From the IMG/VR virus record IMGVR_UViG_3300015265_000001, positions 1 through 64,000 of that record: a stretch of DNA of 64,000 nucleotides. The stretch is one strand, 5' to 3'. Positions 47,189-56,071 of this stretch are shown in pieces (position 1 is the first letter of the stretch; every line of letters starts with the position of its first letter). The notes beneath the pieces were generated by a model. The model was not told the DNA's origin and made no database searches. It saw only the letters and a program-made list of their open reading frames with translations. Both the position numbers and the translations under genes were made by a program.

Positions 47189-47196
47189 AAAGCAGC

Positions 47197-47236
47197 TATA
47201 AGCCCTCCAGCCCTTTGCGGGGCTGGAGGGCTTATA
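47197..47236. terminator. 17-bp perfect hairpin between convergent genes
   Basis: TATAAGCCCTCCAGCCC-tttgcg-GGGCTGGAGGGCTTATA; the minus-strand tail is TTATAGCTGCTTTT. Confidence 0.85.
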
Positions 47237-47243
47237 TTTACGC

Positions 47244-48146
47244 TTAACCCAGGTAGTCGCCGTTTTCGACGGTCGCTTTCGCTTGCGTCATACGTTCGAT
47301 GGTCCCCGCGTTGGTCAGGTTTTCCAGTACCGAAGTACGTTCCTGGAAGCCTACCGGCGCCGTCACTGCGTCAGGGTTGAACAGTGGCAGGAGTTGCAGC
47401 ATTTTGCGAGCGATCTGTTTCACCGCGAGGGTGTCCATTTCGATCACACCGGTGAATTCCATCTCGATGGAGCGGATCTGGTTTTCATCGGCTTTGTTGC
47501 GCTTGATCTCGATCGGAACGGTCGTGGTCGGCTGGCCCGCTACCAGGATCGCGGCGTGAGCTACGTCCTTCATGTTGCGGGTTGGCTCGAAGTAGATCGC
47601 CGAGTACGAGGTGTCGTCGAGCAGCATGTCGCCCGGATCGTCCAGAATCACCATTTTGGCGTTCAGGATTTCGGGGTCCATTACACCCCAACGCGACCAG
47701 GTCTTCAACATGTGGGTGAATACTTCACCTTCCACGTCGTAGGCCTTGTGGGTCACGCTACCCAGGCTGCGGGTAGCACCGGTTGCCACCGACATTTTGT
47801 GACCCGTCCACTCCATCGAACCGAAGTTGATTTCAGTGGAGTCACGGATGCCGCTCCATTCCTGCGAACGGTTCTCGAAGAACGCCTTGCACAGGGAATG
47901 AAGTTTGTTACCGCCCGGCAGACGGGAGAAGAACCCCGGGGTGCTCAGGACGATACACCAGCCCTGTTGAGACACATGTGGCTGAGCCGACATGTACTCG
48001 AATACGTTCCCGGCCCAACCGTACATGCCACCGGCGTCGCCATCGATAACGGGACGATTACCGAGGTCAAGGGCCTCGACAAACGGATCGCTCGACGGCA
48101 TCAGCGTGGTGTCTGTACGGTGCGGGTAGTTAGTATCAGCTGCCAT
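47244..48146 (-). CDS. Tail tube protein (phiKZ gp30-like)
   Basis: 300 aa directly downstream of the sheath; W.RWGVMDPE and YFEPT motifs; highly biased codons. Confidence 0.8.
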   Translation of the reverse strand: MAADTNYPHRTDTTLMPSSDPFVEALDLGNRPVIDGDAGGMYGWAGNVFEYMSAQPHVSQQGWCIVLSTPGFFSRLPGGNKLHSLCKAFFENRSQEWSGIRDSTEINFGSMEWTGHKMSVATGATRSLGSVTHKAYDVEGEVFTHMLKTWSRWGVMDPEILNAKMVILDDPGDMLLDDTSYSAIYFEPTRNMKDVAHAAILVAGQPTTTVPIEIKRNKADENQIRSIEMEFTGVIEMDTLAVKQIARKMLQLLPLFNPDAVTAPVGFQERTSVLENLTNAGTIERMTQAKATVENGDYLG

Positions 48147-48159
48147 AACTACTTACTCC

Positions 48160-50334
48160 TTACGAGTTGGTGGCCAGATCTTCTTCATTGTAAGCGAAGA
48201 GATCCAGGTTCATCATGTACTTACCCTTGTTGAAGTAAGCATGGGCGATGGTGTTCAGTACCGCGCGTCCACCCGGTTGGGTTTCGTCGTAGGTCGGCAC
48301 GAACGTGATGGACTTGCACAGGCCACCGAGGCGATCGCGGCACTTGCGTTCCGCACCGTCTTTGAAGTTCGCCACGTAATCGGAAGCCGACAACGAGGTG
48401 TCACCGCAGACGTTGTTCCACTCGTCTTGTGCGATCTTTTCGATGCACACGCAGAGGAAGTTGGTGACCAGGTCCTTCAGCACGGAATCCGCGTTCGGGT
48501 ACAGGGTAACCAGGGATGGACGGAACAGGGTTTCGGTGTTGCGCGGACGCAACGTGATACCGCCGTTGGTGAAGTTGTCGCCAGCGACGAAGTCTTCCTC
48601 GAACTCGATGTTCGGGGAGTGCATGGTGCGCAGGTTACGGTTGTCCTTGCTGTCCGGCGAGAACGCCGCACGGATCACACCAGCGCTGTTACCAGCGAAG
48701 AGTGCAAACGCGTAAGCCAGGTCGAGGTTACCCGACATTGCTTCACCGCTCTTCTCGTCGATCACGTAAGCTTCGATGAGGTTGACGGCCGAACGGCAGG
48801 TTGGAGTACCCCAGTACTGGGATTCCGGGAACAGCTTGGCTTGAGCCGACAGCGAGGTGAAACGCGAGTACACGTCCGCCAGGGTGTTGGTCTTGCCAGG
48901 CTTCCACACCGTCGCATCTGGAATCACGATGATGTCTTTACGGCTGGCCAGGAGCTCCACCGCGAGGTCTTTCACTTCCTGGGAGAAACCAACGTCCCAG
49001 TAGAAGGATTGACGGTTCTTGGTGTAGTTCTTGGTTTCGGTACCGGCCAGGTACTCGGTCATGTCAACGGCCATCAGGTGGTTGTTCACCTGCCAGGCTT
49101 GTTCGTTGGTGATCGGATACTTGGCGTTAGCCAGAACGTTGAACGGATCGTCCAGTTCAGGCAGGGTCACGTACGAAGGCAGCTTGCCATCGGCGTCCAG
49201 GAACGGCGAGATACCGCCGGTCGCTTTAACCGAACCGGTCATGTCCCAGGTCACTGCGCCGGCGTTGACGATGGCGTAGTAAGGAGCACCGGTGTGGTTC
49301 ATGCAGGTGAAAGGGTTCATCTGCTGGTACGGGAACTGACCGACGTCGACGAGGCTTGGGTTGTTCGGTTCTTCAACCGCGTACATAGCCTGGCAGAGCG
49401 AGGTGATCGATTCTTCGTAGACGTGAACCGAGTTGAACGGCTGTTGAACCGGAACAACTTTACGGTTTACGTTGGTGCCGGTGAACTGGCCGAAGGCGTC
49501 TTTGATGCCGTACTTGGTCTTGTTCAGTTCAGTCTTGAACAAGGTGTAGGAAACGGTTTCCAGACGTTTTGGCGTCTTGGCGAAGGTGCGGATACCGGTG
49601 TCGCTTTCGGTAAACATCTTCAGATCGAACGGGAACACGCCCGTTGCGTTCACGAAGTCCGAAATCTGACGCCAGTTGATAGCGTTGTCCGCAACGCCGG
49701 TAACCAGACCGCCTTTGTTGTAGACGTCGCCCACACCGGCTACCGCTTCGTAAAGCGGGTAAACGATGGTGTCAGGCGTGGCCGGGATTTCACCGTTGGC
49801 CGGAGTGCCTGGGATAGTGCGACGAACCAGTTGACCGACGCCAACGCCTTTCTTCGCTTCAGGATCAGGTTTGATCTCGATGCTCAGGGCGGTGGTGAAG
49901 GTTTCACCGGTAGGAATCTTTTTGCCGTCGGCGTCACGCTTGAACTTGCCCGACATGTCACGCTCGTAGTCTGGCAGTGTCACCAGTTGAACGAACGCAG
50001 AGATCGCCACACGGGCAATTTCTTTGTTGGCAGAAACGCGACGGATACCGATCGTGGCCTGTTGGCCCAAAGCGAGCTGATTGATCAGCGCGGCGTTCGG
50101 GTTGTAGAACGGAGTGGTGTGGTCGAAAACGTTGCCAAACTTCTTGGTAACGTCAGTCGTAGCGATCCACTGGGTGCCTTTGTCATCGGCCAGATCACCC
50201 ACGGGGGTCACCATGGTAATCACTGGAAGGTGCAGCGGATATGTCGGCTCGGAGATGGTGTAATCGGGGATCGACTTGTCGTTGATACCACGATTATTCA
50301 CTTTCCCCGGAATGATGCTGTTAAGAACAGTCAT
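48160..50334 (-). CDS. Contractile tail sheath protein (phiKZ gp29-like)
   Basis: 724 aa; GINDKS…PLHLP, YWDVGFS..K, FPESQYWGTP.CR and Y.N..SVL motifs; highly biased codons. Confidence 0.85.
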   Translation of the reverse strand: MTVLNSIIPGKVNNRGINDKSIPDYTISEPTYPLHLPVITMVTPVGDLADDKGTQWIATTDVTKKFGNVFDHTTPFYNPNAALINQLALGQQATIGIRRVSANKEIARVAISAFVQLVTLPDYERDMSGKFKRDADGKKIPTGETFTTALSIEIKPDPEAKKGVGVGQLVRRTIPGTPANGEIPATPDTIVYPLYEAVAGVGDVYNKGGLVTGVADNAINWRQISDFVNATGVFPFDLKMFTESDTGIRTFAKTPKRLETVSYTLFKTELNKTKYGIKDAFGQFTGTNVNRKVVPVQQPFNSVHVYEESITSLCQAMYAVEEPNNPSLVDVGQFPYQQMNPFTCMNHTGAPYYAIVNAGAVTWDMTGSVKATGGISPFLDADGKLPSYVTLPELDDPFNVLANAKYPITNEQAWQVNNHLMAVDMTEYLAGTETKNYTKNRQSFYWDVGFSQEVKDLAVELLASRKDIIVIPDATVWKPGKTNTLADVYSRFTSLSAQAKLFPESQYWGTPTCRSAVNLIEAYVIDEKSGEAMSGNLDLAYAFALFAGNSAGVIRAAFSPDSKDNRNLRTMHSPNIEFEEDFVAGDNFTNGGITLRPRNTETLFRPSLVTLYPNADSVLKDLVTNFLCVCIEKIAQDEWNNVCGDTSLSASDYVANFKDGAERKCRDRLGGLCKSITFVPTYDETQPGGRAVLNTIAHAYFNKGKYMMNLDLFAYNEEDLATNS

Positions 50335-50452
50335 GGAGAACCTCGTAGATGTCCTGTTTGTGGGTCCTAAAACAATCGTATGCTAGCCATTTCTGGGCCG
50401 TACAGTGTGTTATACCACTGGCACATAACATGTTATTTTTAGAGGTAACCCC

Positions 50453-51331
50453 ATGCTGATCAACGCCTATGACACTACGGTCGGGAAACCCTTCAAGGCC
50501 ACTGACAAGGTCGAGAGCACGATTAAGACCCTTCATGTGACCCGTAACCTGACCCCCACCAAGAAGCCTGGGGTGTTCGTGGTGACCAATGAATCGGACA
50601 TTCTCGTCCCTACTTTCGCCTTCCCTATCACCATGGAGGGTTTCAATCGTCAACGGATTACGGTCTACGACGAACGACTGTTTCGCAACAAAAGCAACGG
50701 TGTCGTGAACCCAAGTGAAATCACCATCATGCGTCTGGCTGCGTTCCTGCAACACGACGTGGCTGACGGTGATACGACCCCTTTGAAGAACTGCCGTTTG
50801 ATGGTGGCCAAGGCATTTGCTGAATCCTTCGGTGCCAAACTGATCAAGCGCGGTAGTCTGAACATGAACGCCGGCATGATCCTCAAAGTGCTTCTGGTGC
50901 ACTTCTTTGTCTCCATCACGGAAGACAACACCACGGATCTGGAACTGGTGGTGATGAACATGGTTCGCTCCATCTACGGCAGCGACAAAGGTTTCGTATT
51001 GGGTGTAATCGAGGGCAAGCCAAAGATCGCTACCCTTGAAGAACTGTACAACACCATCCAGGCACAACCTGGTTTGTTCCAAATGAGCGAGGTCGACTTC
51101 AAAGACTTCCTGGCTCTGCTGGGTAGCATCATCTTCATGTCGCTAGGCAGCAAGATCGTCCTTGCGGCGGCCGAAGCACCTTGCCTGTTGACTGCAATGG
51201 TCTACGGTGCAGCGCGTTTCAAAATGTACGCTAAGTTCCCGTTGGGGATGGCGTTGGAACCTAAATTCAACAAGGGTGTACTGGAGTCGTTCACCAAACA
51301 CATCGACTACACCTACGACCTCAACGGGTAA
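50453..51331 (+). CDS. Virion structural protein (phiKZ gp28-like)
   Basis: MLINAYDTT N-terminus; divergent from the sheath, as in the phiKZ family. Confidence 0.7.
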   Translation: MLINAYDTTVGKPFKATDKVESTIKTLHVTRNLTPTKKPGVFVVTNESDILVPTFAFPITMEGFNRQRITVYDERLFRNKSNGVVNPSEITIMRLAAFLQHDVADGDTTPLKNCRLMVAKAFAESFGAKLIKRGSLNMNAGMILKVLLVHFFVSITEDNTTDLELVVMNMVRSIYGSDKGFVLGVIEGKPKIATLEELYNTIQAQPGLFQMSEVDFKDFLALLGSIIFMSLGSKIVLAAAEAPCLLTAMVYGAARFKMYAKFPLGMALEPKFNKGVLESFTKHIDYTYDLNG

Positions 51332-51336
51332 ACATC

Positions 51337-54006
51337 ATGGGTATTCGTGGACCGGAAGACAATACGCCGCTGGTCAGATACACGGACGATCATCTCTGGT
51401 CTAATCCGGAAGAAAACCAGCAGTACCAGGTAAAGCTTAATCGCATTACCGAAGAATACGGTTACAGTTCCAACTTCAGCTACATGAACAAGTGGCGGAG
51501 TTTGCCGAAGAAGAATACCTTCTTCCATGTGTTCTCGGCAGGGGGTTTGCATCCCGGATACTGGAACTTCAAGAACAACACCCTGCGACGCAATCCGTTG
51601 GATCGTTGGGTTAACTTGGGGATGCTCTGCAAGTCTCGTGGCTTGCTGACGGATGTCTACTCCACCAAGGGCTACATGCAAAGCCGCAGTCACTGCTGGA
51701 TCATGGTGACTTACGACGGTTTGGTGTTGATCGCTATTCAGAAGCTGGCAAGAACGCCTGTGGTGAATGGTGACGACATGCACTTCCGTTGCTACACCCC
51801 TTCGGTACTGGTGGACAAGAGCCGGCTGGTAACGAATGAGACGGGTAACCCCTTCATCTTCGAAACCTGCGTGTACGAAAACCCAGCGGAGTACAGCACG
51901 TTCCTGGGTCGTTACGCGGCAGTCAAGGCACGGCCTGGTTATACCGGTTTGTTCCATAACGGTGTCTGCATCAACGGAACACCGTCTGTGATCAACCCTG
52001 TGGCTCCTGGTGACGTGATCGAGTTCTGGCACGACCCTACGGTGCTGCGCACTGAGTTGTACGCTTACAACCAGTTACAGGCCTTCTACTCCGAAATGGA
52101 TCTGAAGCACAAGGTCATCCTGCATCCTCCAAAGATCAAGGGTGATTTCACCATTCGCTACTTCGATGACAACGACTACTTCTGGATGGGTGGTAAACGT
52201 CGCGGTGTGTACCTGCATCGCAATGACGAGAAAACTATCCGTCAGTTGACTCATGTCGACGTGGCCATTGCGGATGATGTGTTGCAGGCCGCAACTGAGT
52301 ACCACCCAGATCTGTCCAATGCAGCTGACTGCCGAATCTTGGTGTTGGTTCGTAAGACCGCCTGGACCTTCCAGTGGCCTCATGAGCATCAGCGCATTCG
52401 TTACCTGTATCGGATGCCAGATATCGACATCATGCGTGCCATGGTGGATGCACGGGCGAACATGCCGGAGTGGACTGCCAAGCAATTGGAACAAGGTCCG
52501 GTCATGCAGTTGCTGCGTAAGCAGTGGAAGAACGTGAAGCGTGAAGACGCTATCTTGTCGGTAGGCTACAACGCCGCCACACGCGTTCTGAGCGAGACTC
52601 CGGTTCGGGCCACCTACTTGCTGGGTAGCCGCGGTGTCGACATCCCTGTGACCTACCAGGAGGCTTGTACAGCCTGGGAACACGATGAGAACGGTCAGCT
52701 GTTGGAATGGCGGAACATGACGGGGGTGTTGTACTACTCTCCGAACAATCCAGCCTGCGCCATGGTTGAATTCACCATGGGGTCCACGGGTCGAACACTC
52801 GATACGTTGATCACCAACCAGGACGTCGAGGTTTCCAAGGATTGGGACTACCAGGTCTACGTGGCTTCGTGGAACATCAACCTTAACGAACTCGTTGGCG
52901 AATGGACCAACGTAACGGGTGATCCATCCATGTACGTCATCACTGATGGTGTCCTGGAATGGAAAGGTTTGGACCGGGTAAATAAACGCGGGATCCTCAT
53001 CAGCAACAAGAAGATCCTCGGTTATCAGTTCCAGCTGGAACACTTGGACCACAGTCTGGCGTTTGCAATCACGGACATTTACGAGGACGGCGGTCACCTG
53101 ACTGACCTGACTTGGGCACAGATCGACATTTGGCTTAACGGTCATCCGTTGATCGACAAGGTGGATTGGATTTATGAGGACCAGTATTGCTATATCAACA
53201 ACAAAGAGTTCCTCGTTGACGGTCCTCAGACGATTACTGTCCGCGCGATGGGTCTCGACAAAACTGTGGTTCTTCCGAACTCTGACACCGAACTCGGATT
53301 TGTGGATGGCGGCGTTATTGGCCGCGTCGATCGCTACAATCTGCGCGGTGATCGAGTCACTCGTACGGTTATTAATGGAGCACTTTACCTGACCGATGAA
53401 GTACCTCGGGCAGAACGAGAAGTTCCTGATGACATCGCTAACCCTCTGAACGGTAAGCCGTACATGGTTAAGCACCACTGGTGTCCAATCCGTTTCGTGG
53501 AAGACTACGACGAGTTGCCTTATCGTCAGCGTAGCCGTGAAACCGACCAGCGGGTCAGTGACTACCTCACCCTGTGGTTGCCGAAGCCCCAAACCAATGA
53601 CGAAGAGATTCACTGGGAGAATGGGGATCCTCATCGTCCAGACGGCAGTGGTGTGTCGGTGATTCCAAACCTGCAAGACAAATACCGTTTGTACAGTCCG
53701 TTCTTGAACGTGGTGGTGAACGGTGTGTTGAATGGTTTGATCGTCTTGCCTCCTAAGGCCGGTGGGGAAACTTACTACAGCGACCAGGACGTTAAGGATG
53801 CGGTTAAAGCCTACACCTGGTGGTTGAAGTACGACCCTGTGACCCTCAAGTTTGACCGTCGTTATTTCGCTATTACCCCGTTTGCTAACTACGGTAAACT
53901 TACCGTGTCGGATAAGCAACTCATCTTCTTCAAGCAGGTTAACGATCTCTTCCTGGAATCGGTCTGTGTAGTTGAAGGTTACTTCGAGGTGAACAACAAT
54001 GTTTGA
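51337..54006 (+). CDS. Virion structural protein (phiKZ gp27-like)
   Basis: 889 aa; LWSNPE, RQLTH.D, GYNA and D.WLNGHPLI motifs; synteny. Confidence 0.72.
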   Translation: MGIRGPEDNTPLVRYTDDHLWSNPEENQQYQVKLNRITEEYGYSSNFSYMNKWRSLPKKNTFFHVFSAGGLHPGYWNFKNNTLRRNPLDRWVNLGMLCKSRGLLTDVYSTKGYMQSRSHCWIMVTYDGLVLIAIQKLARTPVVNGDDMHFRCYTPSVLVDKSRLVTNETGNPFIFETCVYENPAEYSTFLGRYAAVKARPGYTGLFHNGVCINGTPSVINPVAPGDVIEFWHDPTVLRTELYAYNQLQAFYSEMDLKHKVILHPPKIKGDFTIRYFDDNDYFWMGGKRRGVYLHRNDEKTIRQLTHVDVAIADDVLQAATEYHPDLSNAADCRILVLVRKTAWTFQWPHEHQRIRYLYRMPDIDIMRAMVDARANMPEWTAKQLEQGPVMQLLRKQWKNVKREDAILSVGYNAATRVLSETPVRATYLLGSRGVDIPVTYQEACTAWEHDENGQLLEWRNMTGVLYYSPNNPACAMVEFTMGSTGRTLDTLITNQDVEVSKDWDYQVYVASWNINLNELVGEWTNVTGDPSMYVITDGVLEWKGLDRVNKRGILISNKKILGYQFQLEHLDHSLAFAITDIYEDGGHLTDLTWAQIDIWLNGHPLIDKVDWIYEDQYCYINNKEFLVDGPQTITVRAMGLDKTVVLPNSDTELGFVDGGVIGRVDRYNLRGDRVTRTVINGALYLTDEVPRAEREVPDDIANPLNGKPYMVKHHWCPIRFVEDYDELPYRQRSRETDQRVSDYLTLWLPKPQTNDEEIHWENGDPHRPDGSGVSVIPNLQDKYRLYSPFLNVVVNGVLNGLIVLPPKAGGETYYSDQDVKDAVKAYTWWLKYDPVTLKFDRRYFAITPFANYGKLTVSDKQLIFFKQVNDLFLESVCVVEGYFEVNNNV

Positions 54007-55717
54007 CCAGTCGCCGTTGTCTAACGCGGTTGCTGCGGTTGCGGGGACGAACATCAGTCCCCTCAATACCGGCGAACGCAGAAACTTCCACTACATCGAA
54101 AACGTTTACGACCCGGATATCCATCCGCCAAGTGATCTGACGAAGTACGTGGTTCCGCAAGAAGGGGAGTTGGTGTTCGACACCGACAATGGGATGATCT
54201 ACTTTGTGGCTAAAGTGGATTGGCAGGCTACCCTGAAATCGACGCTGGTGCCTTGGCGCCTGCAAAACGTCGACGACGGTAATACCACTGACCAGGATTA
54301 CATCTACGGTCTGCAAGGTGGTCCAATGGCAGGTGAAGCCCTGCTGTCGATTGACTACTCGGTACGTCCAAACGTAGCGCGTGTGGATTCCACCATCATG
54401 CGTCCGGGTGCAACTCATGCCTTCGTGTATCTGGGCAGTTCGGCTGTCGAGAGCAACATCATCTCGGCTCAGTACGACCAGTCGATGAACATGATCAGCA
54501 AGAAAGTTCCAGTCAAACTGGCTTTGATCAACGAGTACACCAACAAGTCGATCATGACCACTGGTCCGTTCAGTGTTACCAAGAACGACCTGGCGCTGCC
54601 TGACGGCACTCGTGCGTGGCTGGTATTCTTCGAGGGTGATAACTTCATTCCTCCTGCTCAGCCGCTGATGGTTCAGCATTCGTCGTACATGAAAGATCAC
54701 AACATCGGTGTCAAGTACGTCACCAGTGTTGAACTGCTGTCGCCATGGTTTACCCATGTCAGCGATCGCGACCGTCTGATCATTCCGGTCAACGTCCAGT
54801 TGTCGGCTGTTGAGCTGCGTGCAGTTACGCATTACTCTGACGGTTCGACGTCTGAACCTGCTCCGGTTAACGGCGGCGAGTACGCACTGCACGGCGTTAA
54901 AGAGTATCGTCCGAAGTTCCCTGGCCAGTCTGCTGATGTGGTATTGGTCAAGAAACTGGCTCCCAACGAGCAGCATGACGTGGCTCAGCCGGGTAACCCG
55001 AACTTTGCTCGGCACACGTACACCTTCGAGGCCGGTGCGTCTAAGGGCGCTTACAGCCCGCGGATCTTCACCTACCCTCAATGGGATGCGACACAGAACG
55101 GTTACCGTTTGCAGCACTTCCTGTACGACCTGGATCGCAAGACGTTCACCGACGTCACTGCCGTTGTTACCTACAACGACAAGAGCCCGGTCTACAAGCC
55201 GTCGGCGTACGGCCTGGCTCAGGCGCTCATCTTCAACATCAACCTCAAAGACGTCGCTGTGACGTACGAAAGTGTGCCGTTCATTCAGCATACCGAGATT
55301 GTGTTGCTGAAGGACGTCAACGGTCCGGGTAAACGCTGGAGTGTGAACTACTCCTACGGCAAGCCTTCCTACACTGCGCTGAATGTCGTGGCGAATAACA
55401 ACGGGGCTAACACCACGTTTACCATCGCCAACGGTCAGGATCACATTGATGAATGGCTGAACGTGATGTACTGGTCGATCTACCCGAGCTATGACATCTT
55501 CAACGAAGATAAAGCGCCGACACCTACGCACTTTGACCTCATGCATGAAGACGGTCGCAAATGGCGGTTCCCGATTACGGCCTGGAACCAAACCAATGCG
55601 ATCACCATCGCCATGCAGAAGGGCAAGACCTGGTACCTCGACTGGATCAACAAAGATGCGTCGGGCACTGAGTTGCAGCTCGGTATGACGGGTGTTACGG
55701 TGGAGCTGACGCCTTAA
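53999..55717 (+). CDS. Virion structural protein (phiKZ gp26-like)
   Basis: 572 aa; V.YSDG and YPQW…GY.L..FLY.LDR motifs; precedes the terminase. Confidence 0.72.
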   Translation: MFDQSPLSNAVAAVAGTNISPLNTGERRNFHYIENVYDPDIHPPSDLTKYVVPQEGELVFDTDNGMIYFVAKVDWQATLKSTLVPWRLQNVDDGNTTDQDYIYGLQGGPMAGEALLSIDYSVRPNVARVDSTIMRPGATHAFVYLGSSAVESNIISAQYDQSMNMISKKVPVKLALINEYTNKSIMTTGPFSVTKNDLALPDGTRAWLVFFEGDNFIPPAQPLMVQHSSYMKDHNIGVKYVTSVELLSPWFTHVSDRDRLIIPVNVQLSAVELRAVTHYSDGSTSEPAPVNGGEYALHGVKEYRPKFPGQSADVVLVKKLAPNEQHDVAQPGNPNFARHTYTFEAGASKGAYSPRIFTYPQWDATQNGYRLQHFLYDLDRKTFTDVTAVVTYNDKSPVYKPSAYGLAQALIFNINLKDVAVTYESVPFIQHTEIVLLKDVNGPGKRWSVNYSYGKPSYTALNVVANNNGANTTFTIANGQDHIDEWLNVMYWSIYPSYDIFNEDKAPTPTHFDLMHEDGRKWRFPITAWNQTNAITIAMQKGKTWYLDWINKDASGTELQLGMTGVTVELTP

Positions 55718-55750
55718 TGTTATACGTGTAATCCATCATCGGAGAAATGT

Positions 55751-55981
55751 ATGACATCGCAAGTTAAGGTTGATGCTCACTGTGCTGACAACAAGGAAGT
55801 CGTTGTAAAGGTGTTCAACGTCGCTAACGACAGCCTGATCGAAGAGTTCGTACTGCAAAACGGCGAAAGCCGTGAAGTACTGATCTACGACGATCGTGCT
55901 GTGGCGACGTACGAGCGCCTGAAAGAAGAAGCAGAACCCGTGGATCCTGAAGTTGGGGTCCCTGCGTCGATCCTGAAGTAA
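55751..55981 (+). CDS. Small hypothetical protein
   Basis: 76 aa, GGAG RBS, followed by its own terminator. Confidence 0.7.
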   Translation: MTSQVKVDAHCADNKEVVVKVFNVANDSLIEEFVLQNGESREVLIYDDRAVATYERLKEEAEPVDPEVGVPASILK

Positions 55982-55991
55982 CCCGCTACAA

Positions 55992-56028
55992 CAGGCCTGG
56001 GGGTAACACCCTGGGCCTGCTTTATTTT
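55992..56028 (+). terminator. Intrinsic terminator
   Basis: CAGGCCTGGGG…CCCTGGGCCTG followed by CTTTATTTT. Confidence 0.65.
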
Positions 56029-56071
56029 CAATTGAGTTCTTTTCTTTTTTGATGTGTAATAGGAACCTACC

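Noticed and set aside
48241-50370. 709-aa ORF antisense to the tail sheath, and similar ones at 30541-33390, 52075-54066, 34901-36727, 53939-55591, 25899-27452 and 61177-62646
   Set aside because: These are mirror frames of strongly codon-biased genes, which rarely use TTA, CTA or TCA and so create few antisense stops. Their translations are V/H/Q/D-rich, with no motifs or RBS.
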